Shown: one piece after another, positions 1 through 17,597 of the stretch
Layout of the letters: the number at the start of each line of letters is the position of its first letter
Position numbering within the stretch: the first letter of the stretch is position 1
Assembly (NCBI GenBank): GCA_033442325.1
Contig: JAWQFM010000005.1
Span: forward strand, 1,071,058 to 1,135,057
Direction: 5' to 3'
Source: Salpingoeca rosetta
Taxonomy: Eukaryota; Protista; Choanoflagellata
Length of the DNA: 64,000 nt
The notes under the pieces: generated by a model
Seen by the model: only the letters and a program-made list of their open reading frames with translations
The model's database searches: none
Told to the model about the DNA's origin: nothing
Made by a program: the position numbers and the translations under genes

Positions 1-3000
1 AACCAGCACCTGGCTCGAGTTGGACGTCGCGTTGTGCATGTGGTTCTGCGCAACGCAGTAGTACGAGCCGTCGTCAGCGGGCTCAATGTCCGTGAGCTGC
101 AGCCGCGCGCCCTCGCCTACCAGCTCGTCGTCGTCTTGCATCGTCTCCCGGTACCAGTACACGCTCGGCTCAGGCACGCCCGTCGCCGCACACCGCAGCT
201 CCAGCGACCGCCCGGGGAACGTCGTCGCCAGCGGCAGCGGATGCTCCGTAATCACAGGCACCTCGCCGCACCACACGTCCATCATCATGGTGGCGTTTAC
301 CCAGTCCACAATCTCCGTCACCTGCTGGTACGCCTCGGACAGCGTCAGGTTGCCGGACGCAAGCTGCTTGCTGTAGTTGCTCATGCGCTCAATCTGCCCG
401 CTCAGCTCCGCAAACTCCGGCAGCGACACGTCGTTCCACAGGTCCGTCAGGTGGTCCATCGACGCAATGATGCAATCAGGGACATCCCCGCACCCAAACT
501 CGTCAAGCTGGCCCGTGCCGTTGAGCGTGGCCTGCAGCGCGTTGAGCATGTCGGAGTAGTCGCCGGCTTCCGTGGCGTTTTGCTCCTGCTTCCAGTTCTC
601 CATCGCGTCCTCCTCCGACTGCATGCCGGACTGCACAGACTCGTCGTCCGTTGCGTTTGCCGCCAGCGCGCTCATGTCCACAGAGTCCACGTAGCCGAGC
701 ACGAGCCCGTTCACTGCCGGGTCGTCTGCAAACGCCGTCCGGTTCACCTCCGGGATGTTCTTCTGCGGGTCCCGCGCCTCCATCAGCTGCGTCTCAGACT
801 CGTTGGTCATGCGCTTGAACCGCTCCGCCTCCATGTACCGGTCCTCAACCTCGTCCGTAAACGTCAGCAAAAAGTCCAGCGCGTCCATGAACACGTTGCA
901 CTTGTGCTGGTACAGCATGGCCGGGTCCACCCGCTCGATGGCCGCCTCCTGCGTGATGTTGACGCCCGCGGTGCCGTTGACGCTGCCGCCGCCATCGCCA
1001 CCATCGCCCATCGTGCTGTTGTCGCCCGTCTCGCGCCGGTGCCGCTCCAGCTCCGACAGCGCGTGCTCCATGTCAATTGCATAGTGGTCGCGGTGGCCCG
1101 CGCTCTTGCCCTCCTGGTAGAACACGTGGTGCAGGTCGAGGCCAAGGTGGTGCTGCGCAATGTGGGCCACGGTGACAACGTCCACCCCGAGCCCGCGCGC
1201 ATACCGCCGCCGGCGGAAGAAGCTGCTGAAGAACCGGTCAAACAGGTCGCTCGCAACGCGCGCAATCCTGGCCAAGCGAAAAGCAAAACAGGGAGGGGAG
1301 CAGCCGAGAAGGAGGAAAAGGGAGAGGGGATGGGATGGCAATGGTGGGCAGTGGAAACAGAGTGCAATGGGTGGCAGTAAGTGGTGAGCATGGGTGGACG
1401 TGGCAAGCGTGTGGTGGAGACACAAGAACAAAAGTAGGCAAACGTGGTTGACCTCTTGTCGAATCGAACATGAAAGGGCCGAAGCACGTGTGCAGCACAA
1501 CACGGCCTCCAGGCAATTGTGAGCATCATCTCATGTGAACGTACGATCTGAAGATGTCGGCGAAGTTGATGTAAACGCTGAGCCGCACGTGAGCGCTGCG
1601 GAACAGGACCAGCTCCATGCTGGCGCTGAACTCACGTGGAGTGAAGCCCTTGACCACAAGCTCAAACTCCATGTGGGGAATGGACAGGATGTACGTGATG
1701 CTGTTGGCCACCAGCGTCGCAGCAAGTTCAAGCGCGCCTCTCACTGCTTCCTTGACAATGTCCACAGCAACCTGAACACATGCAGCCAAACAGGACGTGT
1801 TGAGGCAATGCAGTCAGATGGTTCACGTCGATTCGTGTCAGAGTTCATCGTTGGCACAACGTGGCTTGTGACGCAGTTTCACGTCAACAAATGGCACACA
1901 GACACACGACAGAGGAAGCTGTCACTGGGGTCTGGGGCTGACGACAAACAGGAGTAGCGCACTGTGCTGCACACCTTTGCGGCGTCGATGGCGACTTCTA
2001 TCAGCCGGAACACAACTCTTGCCTTGTCCAACGCTTGCGCTGCAGAGCAAACCCAGACAAATTTGTCGCAGTGCACGTGGCCGGGTTGAGCACACAGGCA
2101 AGAACATTCGGTGTAGGGACAGCGCGCACCGTCATGCAAGACAGCACAATGAAAGGCAAAACCAAGCAACACCTTGAGTGCTGCTCGCAAGACGTACCAG
2201 CAAGGTCGAACAGGAAGTTGGCCGCGTCCAGGAACACAAGGGCGGCATCCAACGCCTTCTCAACCACTTCGAGCGCAAGAAGCAGCACGGCTAACGATGC
2301 AGACACAGATTGCACACAAGCAGAGGATGAGCTTGCCACAACCGTCGCACGGTGGTCGCAGAAGCAGCGTATGGGGCAGTCAGCGAGGAGAACTGAAGAT
2401 GCAAGCGATGGCGGCGTTTGTGATGGCAATGAACGGCCCACTTACAGATGAGAGCGTCGATGACTTTGAGTAAGAACAGCAGCGTTGCCTTGAGGACTCG
2501 GCAGATGGCGTTGGCGATGAGGCACGGCACATTCGGGATGCGCCAGAGGCAGGATCTACGTGGATGCATGCATCATCACGAACGAGGTCAGTGATGCCAT
2601 GGACCAGGATGTTGACAGCACATTATTGGATATGCGTATGGGCAACATGGGCACGACGCATGGAATAAAGGGAGTCTTTCTGACAAGAAGTGCCAAAATA
2701 CATGCTGAGGGCATGACGTTTCAGGTGGCACGCAGCGCATCACACAGTGCAGCACGTGAAAAGTCAAACTCACGAGCAGACGAGCTTTGGGATGCGAATG
2801 GAGCCCCAGCGACGCTGACGGACGAGCAACGCGTGGCCCTGCTTGTGGTTTGCCAGCAGCTGCTTGCTGCGCGTTGGGTGGCGGATCTCCTCTTCCAGCT
2901 CGAGTGAATCCATCGCCACGCGACGGCGCCGGCGCCTGATTGAACAGGTCAAAAGTGAGCGCATAAAGCAAAATGGGAGCGTTCAACGCGAGGGGAGTGC

Positions 3001-4781
3001 GATAAACACGTCGACATGCACACACACACCCACACAGATGCACGTACGCAAACACACAAACCTACAAACACACACGCACGCACATGTGCACACAAGAGGA
3101 CAGCCGGACGACATCGAGAAACCAACAAACCTGAATTCGCAACCAGGGATGCAGATGTCCGGACAACGGCGGATGTGGCAAATGCTGTCGATCCGATGCC
3201 GTAGATAGCGCGCTCGCTCGCGTGCATCCTCGAGCGGCTTCTTGGCCTTGTTCACCGCATCTTGCCAACCACGTACGATCTGAGGAACGGAACAACATGT
3301 GACGCATGAGCATAAAACCCACAGCAGATAGAGATATACACGGAGGGGACCAACTATGGTTGCACACGCACACGCACGCACGCACGTGCACACATCAGCG
3401 AAGCGCACAGCAGAGCACATGAAGCACTGGAGAGACTGCAAACGAATGGGCTATCTATGAGACCATGAGTGAGACGCAGTGCAAAACAGAGACGTCGCGC
3501 AACGTACGTCCTTGGCGCCTTCCACGATGGCCTTTGCCGAGTTGAGAGCGCCTTGCAGTCGGTCGATGATGCCCTCAAACTGGCGGAGCTTCTCCTTGAT
3601 CGAATCCAACACCTCCTTGACTTTGTTGAAGCGCTCCACGGCCTTGTTGGCCCAGTCGCGAAGCAGCCGCTCAACGGCAGTGGCAATGGCCTCGATGATG
3701 TCGCCGAGGAAGACGCCGCGCACATGCAGCGCCATGGACTGCCAGTCAAGCAGCGTGCGGCTGTCAAACTTGGGAAGAAGAGCAAGGACATCCAGCTCGG
3801 CTTTGAAAATGTTGAAGATGCGCAGCTGAAAGAGAGGAATCGTGCATTTGAGGCGAAACACGCAGTGAGGTGAGAAAAGCGATTGTGTTGTGCAACATGC
3901 AAGCAAGGCAGAGATGCCAGCATACAACGCAGCAGGCACTGTGGCGCAACCTAGACTGCAGGCCTGCAACACACGCACACACACACCTGGTAGTTTGTGC
4001 GGAAGAAGAGCTGCGGGTAGTTGCCGGTGGCAAAGTTGGTTTCCACGGACACGCCAAACAGCGTTGCTGTGCACTTCGTCTGCGACAGGTACGCAAACTC
4101 GGTGGTCGACAGCACAAGGCGCACGGACGCGTCGCCGGGCAGGCGGAACAGTCCCGCAATCTGTGGCCGCACCACCGTGCCACGAATGGACACAACCTTG
4201 CCTGCAGGCAACTGGCGGTACAGGTCGCTGAACACGTCGCACGGGGCAAGCACGTCGCTGTCCGAGTACTGGAGATCAACCAGGGTGCGCGCGCAGATGC
4301 CAGGGAAGTAGCAGATCTTGCCAATGTCGAAGCGGAAGCCCCAGCCTGCCAACATGTTCAACATGAAACAAATATGAGAACCACTTGGCTCTGCATTGCA
4401 CGCCGTCCATGGGGCGGTTCAACCCATGACAAGACACGACGCAACACAAGACACGGCTACAAGTACACGCACATACATGCGCATGCATGCGCGCACAAGC
4501 GGCAGCGGTAACAACGAAGTCAATAAAGCTCACAACCCAAAAGAAAGAGGCAAGCAGGGAACAACGAGAACACGTGACGCGTTGCGCACCTGCCATGCCC
4601 TCCTGCCAGACGCCATTCACGTAGCTGCTCTTGTACAGGATAAAGTACTTGAGGCTGAACTCCTCCTCGGCACCAAAGCCAAGGAAGTCGCTGTTGTGGT
4701 GCATCAAAACCAAGCACAAAACGCGAAGCGCAAGACAAAGCGTCAGTGCATGTAATCACGCATACCTGGGTTGAGGCTTCA

Positions 4782-4835
<54 letters not shown>

Positions 4836-7800
4836 TGTGTCTGTGTGTGTCTGTGTGTGTGTCTGCGCTTTTGCGTGGGGGTCTGTCTGTGTGCGTTTGT
4901 GTGTGTGTGTGTGCGCGTGTGTGTGTGTGTCTGTGTCTGTGTCTGTGCGCTGTTGCGTGGGCGACGAACCCAAGGGCAGAGTCGAGAATCTTGTTGCCAA
5001 AACCAGAAGAGCGCATGCTCAGGGTCACAGTGACAAAAATGCCCTTTGGATTGGCAAGAGGCCCGCAGTTGTCCCGAGGCGCAGGCTCCGTGCCTATCAC
5101 GCACACACAAACACAAGTCAGTCATGTGTGAATACGCACATGCATCTGAGTGATAGAAAGGTGAAAGAGGCCTTTGGAACCAGTACAAACGCACAGAATT
5201 ACAACACATACATTGCGTGCACATGCGCGTGCAAGCTTGCACAAAGACGACACACACACACACGCACACGCACAATACCTGAGTCGCCATCGAAGGAGCC
5301 AACGACAGCACCGCGCGCTTTGAAGTTCCACTGGGCCGTCTTCTTGAGGATGCTGAACTTGATGTCCAGGTTCACCTCGCCCTCAATGTACCCTTCCCAC
5401 GCCCCAGCCGTGATCTGGTTCATGTTCTGCTCACACACACACACACACACATACACACACACACACATTCAAGCAATTAGAGCGGGCAACATAAACACAG
5501 AAGTGAGACGCGCACGCTCGCCGCTACTGCTGCTGCTGATGCAGTCTTGGCGTCGTCTGCACACTGGCCGTCCACACGTGCAACCACAACACACAAGCAC
5601 ACACAAGCACACACAAGCACGCGTGTCATGTTGTTCGGTTCTCTCACCGTGAAGGTGTTGTCTGAGGAGAGACCAGCAACGCCGTCCACAGAGAGCTCAA
5701 CCTTGAGGCCAAGCGTGCTCGTGCTGCCAAGCTCAAGCAGTGTCTTGCTCAGAGACGTGTCAAGCCTGTGTACAAATGAACACATGCAAGGCGATGTGTG
5801 CGCAGGTGCAGAAGTGAGCAACAAGTCCGTGCAAGGCTGCAAGCAGCGCACAAACGCATCCACCACACACAGACACACACTCGCGCACCAGTGATTACAC
5901 GCAAACCATCATCCCATCACCGTCACGCAGCGCATGTGTATGTGTGTGTTCGCACCAGAAGTCGAGACCACCGGTGTTGTATTTGAAGATGTGTTCGCCA
6001 TCAAAGAACTCAATGGTCGGCGCGCCCTGTCAAACAACAAAGGAAGTGCGAAAATGGGAGGGCAAGTTGATGTGAAGCAAGAAGGACTCCAACCACGTGC
6101 AAGCACGTTGCCCCAGCACGCGGGCAACCACAACACATCAATCACAACCCACACGAACACGCAAGTGTGATCAAACACAAGCACAAACACAAGCACAAAC
6201 ACAACAATGCAAGCGTAGGGCACCTGGAGGTGCGAGTTTCTGGAGAAGCCGACGCTGGTGTCGCCAATGATCCACCCGCTGCTGTCCAGCCGCTGCTTGA
6301 AGGGCAGCGCATTGAGCAGCGACCACGCCGCCTTGGGCACCCGCATAAATACAACGTCGCCCGGGTATGCGGCCACATCGACGGCAATGCAGAACGCCTG
6401 GCCCTGAGCAGGGACGCTCTGCGAGCTGCCGTCCACGAGGATCACAGACGCCTTGGACCACAGCACCACCGCGTAGTAGCTGTTGGAAAACACGGGCAGG
6501 TTCTATCGCGTGGTGATGTGCGAGACGAGTAACAGGGTTGCGAGCTGTCGTGAGTGATGTGACTCGGTCAGAAGACAAGCAAAGGAAAGCAGACCACTTT
6601 CATTGCCTGCAAGCACGCGATCTTTGCTTGCATGCAGGCAGACCCACGCAACGACACAAACATCATGACGCATGACATTGGAATGCAACTAAAACACACA
6701 CACCCAGCACACAACTAAACACACGCACACCCAGCACACAACTAAAACACACACGCACACACGCAAAGCACACAACCAAAGCACAACTCACGTTGCAGTT
6801 GGGGATGGAGGTGACCTCGGGCCCTGGAATGAGCTTGACAAAGAAATCGCTCTCCACCGTGACGTCTGCAGAAAAGTCCCTGTCCACTGCGATGCGCAGC
6901 CAGGACGGGAGGGACGGCTCAATGGCGCTCATAAACGTCTGCGGCAGCGACGACGTCGTGGACAGCTGCTGCAGCTGCTCCACAGACAGCGAGCCGTCAG
7001 CGCACACGCTCTCGTCGGGCACAACAATGCTGAACGGCGACGTGGTGACGCGCAGACCGCGAACAGAGATTGGCAGCGTCACAGAGGAGGTCAGACGCAG
7101 GCTGACAAAGGAGCACGCCTGGTGCGTGTTGCCGCCCATGGACTGCCACGGATCCACAGCAAGGAACTCAACCTGGTCAGACTGCACACCACAAAGTGCA
7201 CATGTGCGCATACATGCATGTGCGTGGTTGCGGTTTGGGGAGGGTTGTTGTTGTGAGAATGGTGAACTGGAATGACCAGCAACAACGGGAAGAGTCGGGA
7301 AGGGCAAGCACAAGCACAACAAGCACAACAAGCACAACAAGCACAACAAGCACAACAAGCAAGCAATCAACAACGGTGACTGACCAGAATGGTGACGGGG
7401 AGGGTGTGGGTGCCTGTTGGGACTTCGCCTTCCTCAACACCAAAGTCGACAAACACGCTCGATCCCTCATCGATCTCTGCAGTGGCGCACCAACAAACAA
7501 CAAGGGAGAAGCGGTGATGCTTGGGTGGTTAGCCGTGCCGATGCGAATGAATGCAACTTCAAAGCAAGGAAGTGCAGTGATAAGCAACCCGGCAAACCAC
7601 CATTGGTTCCTCCCTCTCAACCTCTCTCCCTCTTTCCCTTCGCGCGCGCACACACACACACACACACTCACTCACAGCGCAACACGACACGACACGAGCA
7701 ATGATGCATTGCTGCTGCGACGTACGAATGAGGCCAAACAAGTTCCTCGTCTCCTCGGTGATGTCGACGTAGTTTGTGGCACCAACATTGTCCGGGTACG

Positions 7801-10800
7801 AAAACTGCACGGGCTGCTGGCCTGTGGCGTGCGGCGTGATGGTGAAGGGCACAGACTCGGCGTTGGCATCAATCTGCAGGTCAAATGTCTGCATCGTGTC
7901 TCCAAAGTTGCTCTCCCTGCAAAAACAGTGGTGGGTGCACATGCATCAGCAGTGAGCACGTGCAGGTTGCGTTGTTCACGCAGGGTGATGCAGTCACATC
8001 ACACCACAGTAGCAGCGGCAGCAGGCAGTGGTATGGTCACAGCAGAAGCACGTAGTTGCACGCACTCATACACGTAACCCAGCAACACGCACAACACAGC
8101 ATCACGTGCGCGCGCAACCCCCCACCAATCACACATGCACGTGTACACTTTATCCTGACCCGTTGAAGTTTGTGCGGCCGGACTGGAGGACCTGCAGTCC
8201 AACACCGGACATGCGGATGGTGAACGGCGCCGGCGAGCGCTTTCCCAGGCGAAGATGTAGCAGCCGCGTCTCTTGCTGCACGTACACTGCAGGCAGCGCG
8301 GGAATCTCAACCGTGCCTGGGGTGGTCGGGACAAGGGTGTTATGGAAGCAAGCAGGCGATGGGCGTGAGACCAGTTGGGGTGAAGTGATGGGAACATCTT
8401 GGGGCGAGTGCATGTGCTCACACGCCATGCCAAAGAGAAGACTGGGTCGGAAGAGAGAGTGAGGGAGAGAGAGGGGAGGGAGGGAGGGAAGAAGAGAGAG
8501 AGGCAGAGGGGGCGCATGACATCCACATCTGCACGTACCGAGGCAGACGCTCTCGTGCGTGCTGTTGCAGAACCGTGCCGTAACCGTGCCCTCAGGGCAA
8601 GGCAGGCAGTCTTGAGCATGAAAGACGACATGTGTGAAGAATGTGCGTGTGAGAGAGATGAAGAAATGAGCGCAGGAGTGTACGTCTGTGTTTGTGGCGA
8701 GCACCAGCCAGAGTGGAATCGAACTTCCCAGTTTCATTCAATCACGCATGCTTACACACTCATACACACACACAGTGCCATGCACACACACAAGTACACA
8801 GCGCACCTGCACATCGAAGGTCGTGTTGAGGGGTACATGGGGCAACGGGGAACATGCCGTCTGGACACTCTGTGCTGCATTCTCCGCAGACGGAATCCTC
8901 AATGCCGTCGCAGCCGGCAGACAGGATTCTCCGCAGACGGAATCCTCAATGCCGTCGCAGCCGGCAGACAGGAACGTGCCCTCAGCACACTCCGTGCACT
9001 CTACAACCAGCAAACGACACAAAGGGAGAAACAAGGCGGGCGGTGAGACAACTCATAACCACAGCAGTACATTCAGGGGACGCGGCTTGCAAAGCATGTG
9101 GTACAAACACGACGGGAGATCAACAAAAAGGAGGTAGCAAGGGTGCGCGTGCTTTGCAACAACCACAACCACAACCACAACCACAACCCATCATCTTTCC
9201 TCCTGTCCCTTGTCCATTCCTTCCCCTCCTTCACGTTGATTCTGCAAGCGATGCATTTGCGCATGTGCAATGTGGTTGTAGTACGCACCGACGCAGAGGG
9301 TGTCTTCGCCGTTGATGCAGCCACCGTTGGCAAAGGTGCCTGGGGAACACTGGTTGCACGGCTCGCAGATGCTGTCAATGGTGCTGCCATCACAGCCGCT
9401 CACGCGATATGAGAACCCATCCTCGCACGGGCTGCAACCTGCGCATGGAAGAGTGTGTGTGTGCGTGCATGTGTGTATGTGTGCATGTGCATGTGTGCAT
9501 GTGTGCATGTGCATGTGCGTGTGTGTGGGGATGGTGAGATGAAGCCAAGCAAAGCAGAGGAGTAGATACAACAGGGAAGGTGATGTTCTCCTTTTGCAGA
9601 TCTGCTGCAGGCTGTTGACAGTGAAACATTGGGACGCCAGCCAGTGTATCAAGCAAGCGCCTGTTCGAGAAGTGCAATTCTGGTGTCGTGTTGCTGGCTG
9701 ACCTCCGCATTCCACAGGTTCGTTGCCGATGCAGCCGCCAACCTGCCGCTCGCCATCAGGGCACTTCTGGCACTCTAATGATTGGAACATGACGAGCAGG
9801 CGCACAAAAAGGTGTGTGTGTGTGTGTGTGTAGTGAGCGCTCACGCACGTATGGGTGCACATGCACGTTTTGTTTGGACGACGTTTACACGTCTACTCTT
9901 ACAAACTCAGGAACATCAGTCACGCAATCACTGCATGCAGGCAGAAGAAGAGGTGCGTTTTGTCAGCCCACGCAGTGGCTTGTGCGACTCACCAATGTCG
10001 CAGCGGTCGCCATACCACTCGAACGGCGAGCAGTCGCATACGCCCGTGACCGGCACGTATGTCGCAGCCGCATCTTTGCGGTCGCAGTATCCCTGCGTTT
10101 GTTTCGCTGTGTTGCGCAAAGTGGGTGGGAAAGCATAGTGGAGTATCACGCACGGTTGGTGAAACAATGAAAGCGACACGAAGAGCGCCGAGCAACAACC
10201 CATGCATCCAAGCTGCCAGTCTGCACAACATCCTCAGCCTCCCTGACTCTTCTTCCTCTTCCCCTCCTCTGCTTCCCCTTGTCCTTCCCCTTTCCTCTTC
10301 CTCTTCCTCTTCCCCTCCCATTCATCACATCCTCTTGAGAGCACACGTACGGATGCAGAGGCCCGTGTCGTCGGAGCGGTAGTAGCCGTCCTCGCACACG
10401 TCGCAGAACTGGCCCGTGTGGTGCTCTTTGCAGCTGCACTCTCCAGGCGTGTTGCAGTATCCGCCAACCGGATCACAGCCAGGACCACACACCGCTGGAG
10501 TTGTTGTTGGTGTTGTTGTTGGTTGTGGTGGTGGTGGTGGCGGTGTGAGAAGAACAAGCAGGTGGCGGTGTGAGGAGGACGAGCAGGTGGTGGTATGAGG
10601 AGGACAAGCAGGTGGTGGTGGTGTGAGGAGGGAAACGATTGGAAGGATGAGCAGGTAGTTGTGAGAGTCATGGCAGGAAGAATCAGAGGAAGCCAAACAC
10701 AGATGGAGAGCAGTGTCGCAAAAGTGTCGCAAAAGTGTTGCAAACGCATGAGCTTCACCACAGCCATATGATCAGTTGCACCATGAATCACGCGGAACAA

Positions 10801-11441
10801 CCATTATTGTGCCACTTTGGAGTGCACTTACGGAGCTGACACTGGTCGCCCGTCCACTCTGGTGGACAGGAGCACTTGCGGTACGATTCGCAGAAGCCGC
10901 GAAGGCAGGTGTAGTCGCCCTCGCAGATGGCACCAGGTTCGGTACAGAAGGTGCCGCTCCATCGCGTTGGGCATTCGCACTCGCAGTTGGAGGCCGCCCA
11001 ACGGCTGGGGTCGTTCTCAAACTGGCAGTAGGACGTTGCCGTCAGTGTTCCGCCATTCGAACACGTCTGACACAGAAAGGGGGGAAGGGCATGGGGTGAC
11101 GGGGTGATGCGGTGAACGTCAATATTCACAAGTTTCAATGTCTCTTGTGTCTTGTGTGTAAGCGGGTTTGTTTGTGTGTACGAGCAAAATGGCACACACC
11201 ATGCATGCATGGGATATACACTGTCGGGAGGTTACCCGCGCATGCAAGTAGACATTTGTCTCCAAGACACACACACACACACCGGGTTTGGTCCTTGGAA
11301 TGGAGAGGGCTGGATGCAGATGATATCGCCCTGTTCTGGCTCGCTGGACTGACACGCAGCATGTACTGTGGTGATTGGAGTGATCACCACCGTCATGAGC
11401 AAGGCCGCAACGGCCACACGCATGGATGCGGCGTTGCGCAT
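1..11441 (-). CDS. Large multi-exon secreted/cell-surface protein: signal peptide, EGF-like repeats, TNFR-like Cys-rich repeats, beta-rich region, coiled coil, polybasic convertase sites, hydrophobic helices, Ig domain; 3' end lies outside the window
   Basis: ATG at 11441 gives [31 protein letters not shown] (signal peptide). EGF-like exons: 11066-10832 ([24 protein letters not shown]), ~10494-10350 ([25 protein letters not shown]), ~10091-9993. TNFR-like exons ~9780-8539 ([27 protein letters not shown]). Coiled-coil exons ~3825-3132. A long open exon from ~1268 to base 1 ends in an Ig domain. Splice phases were checked for several but not all junctions; one exon is frameshifted by a duplication at 8879-8972. 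Confidence 0.8.
2..264 (-). other. Immunoglobulin (I-set-like) domain within gene 1
   Basis: Minus-strand translation [37 protein letters not shown]...[22 protein letters not shown] has the B-strand Cys, C-strand Trp and DxGxYxC motif of Ig I/V-set domains. This frame is missing from the ORF track because it runs off the window edge. Confidence 0.9.
8879..8972. repeat. Exact 47-nt tandem duplication inside a coding exon
   Basis: attctccgcagacggaatcctcaatgccgtcgcagccggcagacagg occurs at 8879-8925 and again at 8926-8972. Confidence 0.95.
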
Positions 11442-11991
11442 CGTCTCTTCACTTTGCGTGGCTTTTCTGTTGGTTGTTGGTTGTTTGCTTTGGTTGTGGT
11501 GTTGCTTTGCGTTGGCTGGACCTCTGGACTGTTGGCTGTTTGGGATGCACGTGTCCTCCGACTTCGTGCAAAACAAAAGGAGGAGGCGCGCCCCTGCTGC
11601 CTGACTCCGTCAGACACCAAAGAACTCTCTGCTGCAGCACTCGCGTTTGGGTGCACAGGTGCCAGAGATGATGCCCACGACAACAGTTTGTTGATGAAGA
11701 TGAAGAGAGAGCGAGAGGCGGGGAATATCTCTGCCCTGCGTTCTGGGTTTGACTTGTTTGCTGGCTTGTGGCTTGTGGCTTGTTGCTTGTTGCCCCCAAG
11801 AAAAGCCAGCAAGGTGGCGCAAAATTATTTTAATTTTCTTTGGGTTGCCTGCAGGCAACTCGAAAATTTATGGATGTCTTCTACAACAGGTGGAATTTCG
11901 ACGTTTAGGCAACGCAACCACACAACGCGAGCAAGAAGCGAAGTCGGAACAGCAAAAAAGTGTGTTGGTTTGCCGGAGCGCGGAGTTGTGC

Positions 11992-17348
<5,357 letters not shown>

Positions 17349-17597
17349 CACGTCAATCAATCAAGCCACAAGCAAGCAACAAGTGAAGAAGCACAAGAAA
17401 TGCAAACAAAAGCTGAATTTGCCTTGAAGCTCTTTACGCTCCTCCACTACACTGAAACGCGCCAACACCTCAACACGGTCGAACACAGGCGTGCAGACGT
17501 CTCAGAGCGCGCAACACGTGAAACGTCACGCCTCAAGCGCGGCACTGTTCCCCTCCCCACCTCCAGCGTCCCTTCCCCCACACCCTCCTTCGTCAGG

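Noticed and set aside
34-1380. 448-aa plus-strand ORF
   Set aside because: Antisense shadow of the GC-rich minus-strand exon encoding the Ig-containing region; its R/H/V-rich composition has no recognisable domain.
4746-5311. ORFs rich in CVCVCV or HTHTHT, here and throughout the window
   Set aside because: Translations of intronic (TG/CA)n microsatellites, not metal-binding proteins.
17349-17597. Possible fusion of the ankyrin-SAM gene with the downstream DAK gene
   Set aside because: The ankyrin gene has a clear stop at 17598-17600 after a coherent tail, and DAK has its own plausible ATG.
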